A model generated the notes under the pieces. It was given only the letters and a program-made list of their open reading frames with translations, was not told the origin of the DNA and did not search any database. From a virus, in the IMG/VR virus record IMGVR_UViG_3300005253_000069, positions 1 through 41,794 of that record: a stretch of 41,794 nucleotides of DNA. One strand, written 5' to 3'. Every line of letters begins with the position of its first letter. Within the stretch, counting starts at the first letter, position 1. This document shows positions 22,837 through 32,988 of the stretch, in pieces. A program made the position numbers and the translations under genes.

Positions 22837-24348
22837 ATGCCTAGAGAAGAAGATAAACAGGGTGAGGTTGCTATACCAGTAATATCACCTGTTAAGATGT
22901 TGGATGTGCGTATGCCAGCGATGGCTCTTGACCCTCGTAATTGTAGTGCATCTAGTAATGTGACTGTTGAACAGGGGGTTATAAGGAAGAGGACAGGGTA
23001 TGCAGCGTTTAGTATTGACATCAATGGTGATGGTGATTTTACAGCTCGCATACAGGGGTTGGCTCAGTCACCCTTTGGGTGGACAGATGATATTGTTGTG
23101 TTGTATCAGAATGGTACATCTACGTTGTACTATCTTTACTCTACTAGTGGTGATGATTGGGTGATTGGGGAGACTGTTGCCCAGACAGCCTATAGTCAAC
23201 TATCAAGCTGTCCAGCAGTTACATCTGCTGGTGTTGAGGTTGTTATTCTAAGTGATGCTAAGGCTCGACTACAGGTGTGGGATGATAGCAAGACTGGTGC
23301 AGCTAATAAGATTGCTGCATTGGGGACAACAGCAGAGTTAAGAGCTAAGGTTGTAAGGTATGTTAAAGACCACCTCGTGCTGTTTGGTGTAGATGAGAAG
23401 AATGGAAGCTGGGTTAACTCCCCTCGTAAGGTTCAGTGGATGAACACCGCTGACATTACTGATGACACTGGTGGTGATTCGGGGAGCAACTTGCTTCTAG
23501 GCAGGGGTGGAGGTATTGTTGTAGGAGCAGAGATGCTTGGGCATGATTGTGTTATCTACTGCGAGAAGCAAATTACTAAGATGGTTTACATCGGAGGTAC
23601 TACTTACTTTAGGTTTGATGATGTTATACATGATATGGGATTGGCTGCACAGAATGCAATAGCAAATTTGGATAATAGACACCTCTTCCTTGCTAACGAC
23701 CTCTCGGTGTGGGAGTATTCAGGAGGTACATTTGCTAGACCTATTGGGGATAAGATCAACGCTGACATTTGGGATAACATTAACAAGACATACTATGCAA
23801 ACAGCTTCTTTGTGGTGCTGAAGGGTGTTCAAGAAGCATGGTTGTTTATACCAACAACCACAGCAACTCCTGATTTGGTGTATGTATTCAAGTATGGTGG
23901 GGTTGTTGAGCCCGAGGTGTGGTACAAGTATAGCCTTACTGGCTTCTGTGGTGTGGAGTATGACATCTTTTATGCTTTGACTGGGGGTACTGCACTTATT
24001 AACAACTTTAACCTCAGTGCAGCGAATGATGGTGCTACAGCCATTGATGCATATTGGGACTCGATAGACTTTGTGCTGCCTAATCCTGATCAGGGAGCGA
24101 GGAGTTTACAACTGAGCTTCTGTGCAAAGGGTTCGCAGGTTGACACATACTACTCCACTGATGAAGGCACCACATGGACAACAATTACTGCAGGTCAAGC
24201 CTTGACCAGTGCTTGGACAGTGTTCGACCAAGACTTTGATGCAGGAAATGCTAAGACAATAAGATTTAGATTTAGGGATGATGATGTAAGTAAGACATTT
24301 TACATACGATGGTTTCAGCCAGTGTTGTATCCAACTGGTGAGAGATAA
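22837..24348 (+). CDS. Large virion protein (tail/nozzle candidate)
   Basis: 503-aa beta-rich ORF, SD AGGAGAG. The assignment is positional. Confidence 0.45.
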   Translation: MPREEDKQGEVAIPVISPVKMLDVRMPAMALDPRNCSASSNVTVEQGVIRKRTGYAAFSIDINGDGDFTARIQGLAQSPFGWTDDIVVLYQNGTSTLYYLYSTSGDDWVIGETVAQTAYSQLSSCPAVTSAGVEVVILSDAKARLQVWDDSKTGAANKIAALGTTAELRAKVVRYVKDHLVLFGVDEKNGSWVNSPRKVQWMNTADITDDTGGDSGSNLLLGRGGGIVVGAEMLGHDCVIYCEKQITKMVYIGGTTYFRFDDVIHDMGLAAQNAIANLDNRHLFLANDLSVWEYSGGTFARPIGDKINADIWDNINKTYYANSFFVVLKGVQEAWLFIPTTTATPDLVYVFKYGGVVEPEVWYKYSLTGFCGVEYDIFYALTGGTALINNFNLSAANDGATAIDAYWDSIDFVLPNPDQGARSLQLSFCAKGSQVDTYYSTDEGTTWTTITAGQALTSAWTVFDQDFDAGNAKTIRFRFRDDDVSKTFYIRWFQPVLYPTGER

Positions 24349-24363
24349 TGGAGGTGAGATGAA

Positions 24364-26085
24364 GTGGATCCTATTACAGTAGCAGCAGTAGCAAGCTCAA
24401 TACTTAGTGGATTAGGCTCACTGTTTGGAGAGGGAGGCATCTGGGGTCCAGGTGATGATATGACTCCAGAGGGTATAGCATTCCAGCGCTTGGCTTATGA
24501 GGCAGGGATGCAGGAACTTCTACAACAGATGCTAGGACTTCCTCCTAAGTTTGGGTATGTGTCTACACAGACACCCGAACAACAGGCACTTATGACTCAG
24601 CTTACTCAGGAGCTGATTGGAGTTGCAGATATAGATAGGCGAGCTGAGGCTAAGCAAATGTGGGCTGATTGGTCTACGCCTCAGTGGAAAACAGCGGGGA
24701 GGAGTGATGAGTGGATAGCAAGTAATATTGAGAGTGAGTGGATTACTAACCAAGCTGATATTATTCGTAGGTATGAGGGTGGAGAGTTTGGAACTCCCTC
24801 TGTACCCGCAGAAGGCGTGGGACTAGGATTTGAAGTAGTCGAACGGCCTACATTTGCGGAGATACCTCTGACTGGTGCAGAGACTAGAATAGAAACGTTG
24901 GAGAGGATGATGGGAATATCTCCAGGGGAGGAAGCAGCAGCTATTGAAGCACTGTCAGCTCCTGCACTTCGTAGATTCCAAGATGAAATACTACCGATGA
25001 TTAGAGGTCCGCATGCTATGGAGGGAACGGTGTGGTCTACTATGAGAGCAGGGGAAGAAGCAGCGGCAGGTGGTGTCCTTGCTGAAAACTTGGCTGCGCT
25101 GGGTGAAGAGTATAGGATGAAACGTAGAGAACAAGCACTTAGTGCTGCAGGTGCTGGACTTACTGAGGCGTTAGGAGGAATTACTACAGGGTTGGAGTTA
25201 TATGGGATGGACTTAGCCTCCTTTATGCAAGCTCAGGGTTTGGGTTCTGAAGCTATGCAGACCAGGCAAGCCCTTATGGCTGATTTGCTTGGGATGTCTC
25301 TTCAAGATTATTATACAATGGGAGCAGGTTCACCTGCGCAAGTGGCGGCAGAACAGGCTCAAGCAATAATGGCTGCACTTGGAATAGTACCTGAGAGTGA
25401 GATGGAAAGTGCAGCGTTGGAAGCATGGATAATGTGGTCAATGCCTCGGTGGGAGAATGCGGGGTATGATATGTACATGCTAGGGGCAGATGTAATGGAT
25501 ATTATTAGGAGTGAGTTCCTGTCTGACAGGGAGAATATTATAGCAAGGTATGAAGCTGGGGCTTTCTATGAACCATGGCCAGCTACTACAACTGTAACTG
25601 TTCCTCCTAGACCTACTGGTGGGGAAGTACCAGGTTATATACCTCCTACTGGTGATGGTGGTGTTCCACCTCCTCCACCTCCACCCCCACCACCTCCTCC
25701 GCCCCCACCTGACTACTCTGCAGCAAAAGCTCCGTGGGCTTGGTGGTCAACTCCACATTGGCAAAGAGCAGGAAGAAGCGCAGGATGGATAGCTAGTAAC
25801 ATCGAAGCTGAATGGGCTTCTTCAGCAGCTGATATCTATCGTAGATGGAGTGGTGGAGAGTTTGAGACAAGAACTGTATGGCCAGATGAGCCTGAGGAAC
25901 CTGATGAACCTGATGAACCTCAACCCGATCCTACTCAGGCAGCATATGAAGCTTGGAAGGCATACTCAGTTCCACTCTGGGGAGCAGCTGGTTGGACTGG
26001 TACACAGGTGTTGAATCAACTACAGTCTGAATGGGCATCGGGCTCTCAGGACATTATGCGTAGGTATCTAGCAGGGGATTTTTGA
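24364..26085 (+). CDS. Virion protein with four W-rich about 45-aa repeats and a 15-Pro tract
   Basis: 573 aa, GTG start after GGAGGTGA. The repeat pattern is WxxWSxPxWxxAG..W....I..EW......I.RRY.GGEF, at nt 24661-24798, 25426-25575, 25735-25872 and 25952-26082. Fifteen consecutive Pro codons occupy 25666-25710, followed by a PDEPEEPDEPDEPQPDP acidic linker. Confidence 0.65.
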   Translation: MDPITVAAVASSILSGLGSLFGEGGIWGPGDDMTPEGIAFQRLAYEAGMQELLQQMLGLPPKFGYVSTQTPEQQALMTQLTQELIGVADIDRRAEAKQMWADWSTPQWKTAGRSDEWIASNIESEWITNQADIIRRYEGGEFGTPSVPAEGVGLGFEVVERPTFAEIPLTGAETRIETLERMMGISPGEEAAAIEALSAPALRRFQDEILPMIRGPHAMEGTVWSTMRAGEEAAAGGVLAENLAALGEEYRMKRREQALSAAGAGLTEALGGITTGLELYGMDLASFMQAQGLGSEAMQTRQALMADLLGMSLQDYYTMGAGSPAQVAAEQAQAIMAALGIVPESEMESAALEAWIMWSMPRWENAGYDMYMLGADVMDIIRSEFLSDRENIIARYEAGAFYEPWPATTTVTVPPRPTGGEVPGYIPPTGDGGVPPPPPPPPPPPPPPPDYSAAKAPWAWWSTPHWQRAGRSAGWIASNIEAEWASSAADIYRRWSGGEFETRTVWPDEPEEPDEPDEPQPDPTQAAYEAWKAYSVPLWGAAGWTGTQVLNQLQSEWASGSQDIMRRYLAGDF

Positions 26086-26093
26086 TAACAGGT

Positions 26094-26118
26094 CACATTT
26101 TCAATAATTGAAATTATG
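26094..26118. repeat. 25-bp near-palindromic motif, copy 4 (CACATTTTCAATAATTGAAATTATG)
   Basis: Starts 9 nt after the 26085 stop and ends 18 nt upstream of ATG 26137 (plus strand). Confidence 0.9.
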
Positions 26119-26136
26119 AGATGAGGTGAATACACA

Positions 26137-28485
26137 ATGGCTTTTATAGGTGATCCAAGAAGAACAACGAGTGTTTTACCACTGGCTACATCCCTAGCTC
26201 AGACTCAGATGCAGCTGAAGCAAAGACAGCCTCATTGGATGGAGGTGCTAGGGAGGGTTATGGGGCAGGTTACAGGTGCATTGGTGTCTGAGAGGACTAG
26301 GAAGGAAGAGAGGGTTGCAGCAGAAGTAGCGATGGAGCTAGAGAAGAGGAAGGTGGCAGCGACGGAGGTTACTGCGAATGCTAAGTGGTTTGAGGCACTC
26401 AATGAGCAAACGAAGCTGTTGCAGCCTAGGGTTTTCAGTATGAGCATTGGTGAGAACCAAGGAACAATTGTTACAATAGACTCTTCTGGGAATCTCAGCA
26501 CAATGGACGAAGCGCTTATAAGTAGAGCAGCTGGGTTGGTGAATGCAGGAGACAGATGGGCTATTGTCGATGCACTAAACAAGACAGAGATTGGAAGCAT
26601 TCCAATTGGTCTTGCTCCCGAAGGCTCAGAGTGGCTTATGCATGAGGCTTCTGGAACACTGATGTATAAAACTCCAGAGGGTGAGATTAGGGATGCATCC
26701 CCAGCCTCTTTAATCAAGTGGAGAGAGAGCCAAGCCTGGTATCAGGAAGAGAAGCTGAAACTAGCAACGAGGGAAGTGGCTGTAAGGGAAGAGAGACTGG
26801 TGCTCGACAACAGAGTAGAAGATAACTTTGTTGCTTATAAGGAGTCTGAAGCACGAAGAGATGATATGTGGAGGGGAGTAACTACTGGACTTGAGAGGGA
26901 GAAGTTTGATCAACTTGTTAGTTACCAGGCACACTTAGTGAAGATGGATGGGCTGAGAGAGGAAAGGCATAGGTTAAAGGACTTGGCTGATATAGAGGTT
27001 GCTACATCTGGGATGAGCAGGGAGAATATGCTTGCGAGGTTGGAAGTTATTACTACTAATGCTGAGATGGATCTTGCCCAGAGGAAGCTTGACCTTGAGA
27101 TAGAAAATGAACGCTTTGATCAGGTTCAAACCCTTTATGAGAATGCTAGTGAGGAAGAGAAGGAGAGGTGGAAGGTGCTTGTAGACAAGCATGCTATGCT
27201 TATAAAGGATATAGAGACAGATATTGCGATAACAGGGATGGAGGTTGAACAGAGTAGGTTGGAGATTGAAGAGCTTAATGCCTGGGATCCTGAGAAGATG
27301 GCATGGCATGATGCTTGGGTTAAGTTGCAGAATGAGGAGCCTCTAAATCCTGGTGAGATGGAGATACTGGGGATTAGAGAGCCAGTAGCGTTTGTGCCTA
27401 CAACCATGGAAGAGGTGCTCGAGCTTCATGGGAAGAAGATTGCGTTGAATGCAAAACTAGGTGTTGGTGGTGCTATGACTATGGAGCATAGGAAGGAGCT
27501 CTTGGACTACGAGAGAGGGATACAAGCATACATGGCTACACTAACGTTCGAGCAGAAGAAGGAGCTTCAAGGAATTCTACAGGGCTACAAGCTGGAGTTT
27601 TTGGCAGAAGAGGCTGATGTTGGATGGGAAGTTACTCGAAAGGAGCTAATACTCAAAGCTGACTTAAAAGGCCAGGAGAGTTTCAAAGCAGATGATGGTA
27701 CTTGGTGGCAGTATAATGATGAGGGGAAGCTGGAAGTGCTTCTTGCTGGTGCACCAGAGAAGCCTCAGGTTGTTAACGTAAGGCTTGATGATGGTAGGGT
27801 GGCTGTAGGAATTATATATCCTGGTGATAAGGAAGTATCATGGACAGATACCTTTGCTGGGGATACTCAGGCAAAGCAAATTGAGATGATTAACCAAGCG
27901 TGGGTAACTGCAGAGCGGCAGGTTAGGAGACAGATGGGAGCTTTTGCGATGCTTGATGAGACTCTAATACCTCAGTATAGGAGAGAAATGACTGCTGCGT
28001 TTGTGAGGACGCTTGAGAGTTATGGTGTTCCAAGGGAGAGAGCACTGGCGTTAGCAGACCCTAATTGGCTGTTGCAGGCTGAGTTGGGTGGAGCAGTGTT
28101 TGAGGGTGGAGCTCAGATAGGTGGTGTGAGTACAAGGGATTATATAACAGGTGCAGCTATTGAGGGTGAGGGGATTACGTTTGAGACTCCTGGAGGTGAA
28201 CCCAGGGAGTTGGAGGTAGTAGAGACTCCGAAGGTTGAGCCTGGAGGTCCAAGATTAACAACTAAGGAGATAGCAAACAAGGTTGCTGTGATAGTATCAG
28301 ATTTTTCTAGGTTGAATGACCCCAAAGCTACGAGGAAGCTTCAACAAGCACTTAAAGATGAGGGAGTATATAAGGGTAAAGTAGATGGTGTATGGAGCAA
28401 AGCGGTTGAGACAGCATTAGAGATAGCCATACGTACTAACAAGAACATAGCAGACAGCTTAATAATAATTAGGGAGAGAAAATAA
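26137..28485 (+). CDS. Large coiled-coil virion protein with C-terminal peptidoglycan-binding-like domain (internal/ejection protein candidate)
   Basis: 782 aa with long Glu/Lys/Arg-rich helical stretches. The C-terminal TRKLQQALKDEGVYKGKVDGVWSKAVETALEIA (about nt 28330-28430) fits the PG_binding_1 pattern (LQ..L...G.Y.G..DG.W...T..AL). Confidence 0.55.
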   Translation: MAFIGDPRRTTSVLPLATSLAQTQMQLKQRQPHWMEVLGRVMGQVTGALVSERTRKEERVAAEVAMELEKRKVAATEVTANAKWFEALNEQTKLLQPRVFSMSIGENQGTIVTIDSSGNLSTMDEALISRAAGLVNAGDRWAIVDALNKTEIGSIPIGLAPEGSEWLMHEASGTLMYKTPEGEIRDASPASLIKWRESQAWYQEEKLKLATREVAVREERLVLDNRVEDNFVAYKESEARRDDMWRGVTTGLEREKFDQLVSYQAHLVKMDGLREERHRLKDLADIEVATSGMSRENMLARLEVITTNAEMDLAQRKLDLEIENERFDQVQTLYENASEEEKERWKVLVDKHAMLIKDIETDIAITGMEVEQSRLEIEELNAWDPEKMAWHDAWVKLQNEEPLNPGEMEILGIREPVAFVPTTMEEVLELHGKKIALNAKLGVGGAMTMEHRKELLDYERGIQAYMATLTFEQKKELQGILQGYKLEFLAEEADVGWEVTRKELILKADLKGQESFKADDGTWWQYNDEGKLEVLLAGAPEKPQVVNVRLDDGRVAVGIIYPGDKEVSWTDTFAGDTQAKQIEMINQAWVTAERQVRRQMGAFAMLDETLIPQYRREMTAAFVRTLESYGVPRERALALADPNWLLQAELGGAVFEGGAQIGGVSTRDYITGAAIEGEGITFETPGGEPRELEVVETPKVEPGGPRLTTKEIANKVAVIVSDFSRLNDPKATRKLQQALKDEGVYKGKVDGVWSKAVETALEIAIRTNKNIADSLIIIRERK

Positions 28486-31400
28486 TGCCTCAGATAGTAG
28501 AAATAGTTACTCAACCTGATGGGACATACACCCTAGAGCTGGTAGAAGAAGAGGTGTCCTTTAAGGCTCCTCCACCCATCACCGAAACTCGGATTGTAGA
28601 AGAACCTACTAAGAGAATTGCAGGGGTACACTACCAAGCATTCTTTGCTCCTGTTGATCCAGCTAGACATGTTGAGCTAGACCCACCTTCGGGTAACTTC
28701 CTGTGGACGCTGTTGACTGATTGGCTTCAGAGGTTTGAGTTTGCACAATCACAGGTTTGGAGAACGGAGCTTGAGAAGAAAGATGAGATACTTGCAGGGA
28801 TAGATGAAAAAAAGAAGTTGATACTTAATGAGCATCCTAATATGGATCCTAGGATTGCAGGGGCTCAAGCATGGACAGAGCAGGGGTCATTACTAGAGTT
28901 AGGGACGTGGGCTATTGGTAATCTTGTTGTGCCTCCTCTTGTTGCAGGTTTTATAGATTTAATCCTCAAGAAGGATACTGAAGCAGCTGCTGATGTATGG
29001 ACAGGGCTGAGTGGAACTGATAAGTCAAACTTTATGGATCTGGCATTTGAAAGAGAATGGGGAGTTCCTAAGGAAAGGTGGGGTGAGGATGTTGTAGGAC
29101 TACATGGCTACTTGCAGCTAAATATTGTACCTATAGTCCTGGGACTAGCTGCAGGTATGGGAAGTGACCCTATTAACTATATCCCTTGGATAAAAGCAGC
29201 AAAGTTGGTTGGTAGAGGAGGTAAGGCATTAGCCAAGACAGCTGTAATATCAGGAATAACTAAGAAGCTTAATGATGTCAGCTTCATTGACTTCTTAGGG
29301 CGTGCGTTCAAGCCTGGATACAAACTACCTCCAGCATTTCATGAGTACTCAGTGTGGGCTCGGAGGGCAGCTAAGTATGAAGAGTCTCAGCTCTACAATA
29401 AGGGGATTGCATTCTCTAAGAGGATACAAGGTAATGACGCAGAGATTGCTAAGTTAATGACGTATGTAAGGCAGCACCCCGATGAACTAGGTAAGCTGTC
29501 TCCTCATAATCAACAGGTGCTAAAGGAGATTGGTGAGGAGTGGATAAAGACAGGACAGGCAGCTGTTGACCATAACCTTATTACTCAGAAGGCGTTTAAT
29601 AAGTTGAAGGAGACCTATGTTTGGGGATATTATCCTAAGTACACAAAGATACTGGGGAGCAAGATACCTGGTTCTAAATTCCAGAGGCTGGCTACACACT
29701 CATTTGCTCAGCCTAAGTTCTTCAAAACTATTGAAGATAGTAAAGACTTCGCTAAGAGCTTGAGTGTGTTTGATGATGTTGATACAGCAGCAGAGATGAG
29801 AAGGGTTGCTAAGACATTTAGGACTGTTGCTGATGAACCTTCCTTCCTAGAAGGTGCATTCAAGTACCTCGACAATGTTGATGAGATGAAAACCTATGTC
29901 AAGGCAGTACAGGCAAGCTATACACCAGAAGAGGACATTCTTAAACTCCTTGTTGGATATGAGATACAAGTTCATAGAGCTATTGTAGCTGATGAGTTCA
30001 TCGATGGAACACTTAAGCAATTTGGAAAGCCAGTGTCTGCTAGATTCTTCAAAGGAAAAGTACCTACAGGGCAGTCTTTGTTCATGCCTACAGGTAACCT
30101 GAGGTTCTATCCAGGAGGTAAGAAGGCACAGAAGGTTGTGGATGAGCTGGTGTTTATGGCAGGGGGGGAAGGTAACATCCTTGAGTTGAATGATGATGTA
30201 GCTAAGTTAGTTGGTCAACTAGAGGACTTGTCATTCAAGCACGTGGGTGTCACTAAGAAAGTACCTGCATTCTTACTAGATACTAATATAGCCAAAAGCC
30301 TTAATAGAACAAACACCTTGTTCTTTGGAGACCCTGATGCTAACAAGTATTTGAGGTGGTTGGACAGATGGTATGGTGCATGGAAAACGATGGCTACATC
30401 AGCTAGGTTACCGTTTCATTCAAGGAACATGTACTCAAGTGGGATGATGAATTACTTTGATGGTATGGAGTTACATGAGATAATTCCCTACTATTATCGT
30501 TCAACCAAGCTCCTGATGGGTGAGGGTGGTGACCTTGTTATACCAGCAAGAAAGGGTGTTGCTGCACATATAGTATCTGCTGATACAGTAAGGGAGATGG
30601 CAGGAAGGTTAGGAGTCATTGATGCTGGATGGATTGGACATGCTAGGAAACCCATCTGGCAGCAGTTGGATAATATGCAGAGGACAGGTAGAGTAAAAGC
30701 TGCTATCAACCCTCTAGAGTGGGGAAGGAAGCTCGGTACTGCTATTGAGAATCAAGCTAGGATGGCTAAGTTCATCGAGAGGATAGAGAAGGGTGATGAC
30801 TTTAAGACAGCAGCAAATCGTGTGTTTGCTACACATTATGATTATTCACCGACTGGATTGACTCGCATTGAGCAGACATACTTCAAGCGTGCAGTGCCTT
30901 TCTACACCTGGACAAGGAAGAACACACCTCGGATGGCTGAGATACTAGCTACTAGACCTAACAGGGTTGCTAATGTAGGCAAGGTTACTAGAGCCCTTTA
31001 CAACCTAAACCCTGAAACAACCGAAGAGAGGTTGTTCCATCCTGAGTATTTTGACGAGCAGCTGTGGTTCAAAGCCCCCGATACTCTTGTTAAGAAGCTT
31101 GGTGGTGAAACAGTTTACATGCACTTTGACACTCCCCTTAATGACTTGGTGGGGGTTGGAGAGGTGGCTCTTAATCTGAATGTTAAGCCTCTTCAGCAAC
31201 AAGCTCTTAGCCTGTTTAATCCTCTAGCACTTAAGGGGTTTGCCGAGGCACTTATATCAACAGGAGGAGTTAAAACCTTCCCTGAGGTTGGCCCAATCCA
31301 AGCCTTCCCAGGCAAGAAGGTACCTGCACCGTGGTTTGTAGTCATGTTTCCAGAGTGGCTGCAGGAGAAGGCAGGAGTTGGAATATACAGGGATACTATG

Positions 31401-31748
31401 ACTGGCAAGGAAATTGTAGGTATGCCAGCTAAGGCATATCATATGCTAGTATCTACTATCCCCCTAGCTCGTGAGATTGAGAGGCTACATCCGAATCCAA
31501 TAGATGTTGAACGAGGCCTTACACCCTGGCGCAAGATTACCTTCGTTACTGGTGTAGGTTTCACCCCTGTCAACTTGGCTGAACAAAAGTTTTGGAAGAG
31601 TATGGATGTCAGGGGAGTCATTGACACCTTCCTTCCTTTCTTTATGCAGGAACAAAGACCTCCAACGAGGAAGGAGAAGGAGAAGATACTTGAGGAGGTA
31701 GGGTACTCCAAATCACAAATTGAGGCGATGCTCAAAGGACAAAAATGA
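28485..31748 (+). CDS. Very large virion protein (internal core / DNA-ejection candidate)
   Basis: 1087 aa, the largest ORF, coupled to the upstream gene (TAATG). No catalytic motif recognised. Size and position parallel the large internal proteins of short-tailed phages. Confidence 0.5.
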   Translation: MPQIVEIVTQPDGTYTLELVEEEVSFKAPPPITETRIVEEPTKRIAGVHYQAFFAPVDPARHVELDPPSGNFLWTLLTDWLQRFEFAQSQVWRTELEKKDEILAGIDEKKKLILNEHPNMDPRIAGAQAWTEQGSLLELGTWAIGNLVVPPLVAGFIDLILKKDTEAAADVWTGLSGTDKSNFMDLAFEREWGVPKERWGEDVVGLHGYLQLNIVPIVLGLAAGMGSDPINYIPWIKAAKLVGRGGKALAKTAVISGITKKLNDVSFIDFLGRAFKPGYKLPPAFHEYSVWARRAAKYEESQLYNKGIAFSKRIQGNDAEIAKLMTYVRQHPDELGKLSPHNQQVLKEIGEEWIKTGQAAVDHNLITQKAFNKLKETYVWGYYPKYTKILGSKIPGSKFQRLATHSFAQPKFFKTIEDSKDFAKSLSVFDDVDTAAEMRRVAKTFRTVADEPSFLEGAFKYLDNVDEMKTYVKAVQASYTPEEDILKLLVGYEIQVHRAIVADEFIDGTLKQFGKPVSARFFKGKVPTGQSLFMPTGNLRFYPGGKKAQKVVDELVFMAGGEGNILELNDDVAKLVGQLEDLSFKHVGVTKKVPAFLLDTNIAKSLNRTNTLFFGDPDANKYLRWLDRWYGAWKTMATSARLPFHSRNMYSSGMMNYFDGMELHEIIPYYYRSTKLLMGEGGDLVIPARKGVAAHIVSADTVREMAGRLGVIDAGWIGHARKPIWQQLDNMQRTGRVKAAINPLEWGRKLGTAIENQARMAKFIERIEKGDDFKTAANRVFATHYDYSPTGLTRIEQTYFKRAVPFYTWTRKNTPRMAEILATRPNRVANVGKVTRALYNLNPETTEERLFHPEYFDEQLWFKAPDTLVKKLGGETVYMHFDTPLNDLVGVGEVALNLNVKPLQQQALSLFNPLALKGFAEALISTGGVKTFPEVGPIQAFPGKKVPAPWFVVMFPEWLQEKAGVGIYRDTMTGKEIVGMPAKAYHMLVSTIPLAREIERLHPNPIDVERGLTPWRKITFVTGVGFTPVNLAEQKFWKSMDVRGVIDTFLPFFMQEQRPPTRKEKEKILEEVGYSKSQIEAMLKGQK

Positions 31749-32791
31749 AGTATATAATCTACGACAACATAGGTTACTTGAAGGGTTTACAAGGAAGGAT
31801 TGAGGAAGAGGGGTTTGCGGCTTCATACAACAACAGGGATGTTGACACCTCCAACACTATTGTTATATCAACTGAGGTTAGGAATGGAGCTTCGTACATA
31901 GGCATCACGGATATGCTAAACAGAATCATCAGCAATAGGATGCACATGTACGCAGTCCTTAAGGTGATGGGTATAACAGTTCCCAGGTTTTACACACCTA
32001 AGGGTGGCAGCATCGATGTAAAGAACATCAAGAAGGGTAAGACCTACATACTAGAGTCCTCCTCCTTTCCCCCTTATATAAATAAAGAGACAGAGGATGC
32101 GCTGTACATGCTAAAGCTATACTGCAAAACTACAACCATCCTAAGGGAAGTTCCATATGAGGTGTCCCTGGATGTAGAGGGATGGTTTAATGGTATACAG
32201 CTAGTTTCTCCCTCTTACATTACCTTCGACAGTATGATTATGCATCCTCTGTCTCGAACCTCCAGGTTGTTTAAGCAGTCGCTGGGTAAGTTGGAGGAGA
32301 TGCTGAAGAAAGCTGACTACAAGGGTCCGCTTACTGTACAAGTAGGCCTCACTAAGGACAAGTTGTATGGACTCTACATCGACGTATCAATGAAACCCAT
32401 GGCCTTCGAGGCTATGAAGGGTGTAGCCAAGAACCTTAATGTGGTATCTAGTGCCTCTAAAAACTCCATCAACATGTACAACCTCTGGACAATGCAAGCT
32501 CCTGTTTTCATAACAACGGTTGTGAAGGGACTTCCCATCTTTGGTTATAATGAGAAGAATGCTAAGCATCTGTGGCTTACACATGTTGAGAAGGATGGAA
32601 ACATTCATCGTTATAATGGAAGTAGTTGCCTGGTAGGGTATATAACTGCTAGGGGTGAAACTCCCAGGGAGTGCATCCGCCGCATCAAGAGAACGAAGGA
32701 GCAGCTGTACATCCCCTTCTCCCCCAACCTCATCTTCCCTCAGATGATACTAGAAAGGTGGAAGAGGCTGGAGGAGTGGGGGTGGGTTTAG
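31745..32791 (+). CDS. ATP-grasp-like protein (weak, PurD-like pattern)
   Basis: 348 aa. NRMHMYAVLKVMGITVPRF, EGWFNG, YKGPLTVQVGLTKDKLYGLYIDVSMKP and CLVGYITARGETPRECIRRIK line up loosely with ATP-grasp ligase segments. The usual E-x-N metal site is not clearly present. Confidence 0.3.
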   Translation: MKYIIYDNIGYLKGLQGRIEEEGFAASYNNRDVDTSNTIVISTEVRNGASYIGITDMLNRIISNRMHMYAVLKVMGITVPRFYTPKGGSIDVKNIKKGKTYILESSSFPPYINKETEDALYMLKLYCKTTTILREVPYEVSLDVEGWFNGIQLVSPSYITFDSMIMHPLSRTSRLFKQSLGKLEEMLKKADYKGPLTVQVGLTKDKLYGLYIDVSMKPMAFEAMKGVAKNLNVVSSASKNSINMYNLWTMQAPVFITTVVKGLPIFGYNEKNAKHLWLTHVEKDGNIHRYNGSSCLVGYITARGETPRECIRRIKRTKEQLYIPFSPNLIFPQMILERWKRLEEWGWV

Positions 32792-32794
32792 ACG

Positions 32795-32986
32795 CTACTT
32801 GTACCTGCTAATGATTCTTTGCAGCTCCTGACGAAGGCTACTCGTTCCATCACTAGGCATCGTTATATGGTTTAAGTAATAACTGTCTACAATCCTCTCC
32901 ATCATTTCCACATCCTCAAGATGTTCCATCTCTATAACATGAGGGTAGAAGATATGCTTAGGCTTTAATTCTTTTACCTTCAACAT
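32795..32986 (-). CDS. Hypothetical protein (last leftward gene)
   Basis: 63-aa ORF. Its stop lies 3 nt from the stop of the convergent plus-strand gene. Confidence 0.5.
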   Translation of the reverse strand: MLKVKELKPKHIFYPHVIEMEHLEDVEMMERIVDSYYLNHITMPSDGTSSLRQELQRIISRYK

Positions 32987-32988
32987 CC

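Noticed and set aside
25666-25710. CCN run as a slippage-prone microsatellite or phase-variation tract
   Set aside because: The codons are mixed (cca/cct/ccc/ccg) with no long homopolymer or perfect repeat. It is better explained as a selected polyproline linker.
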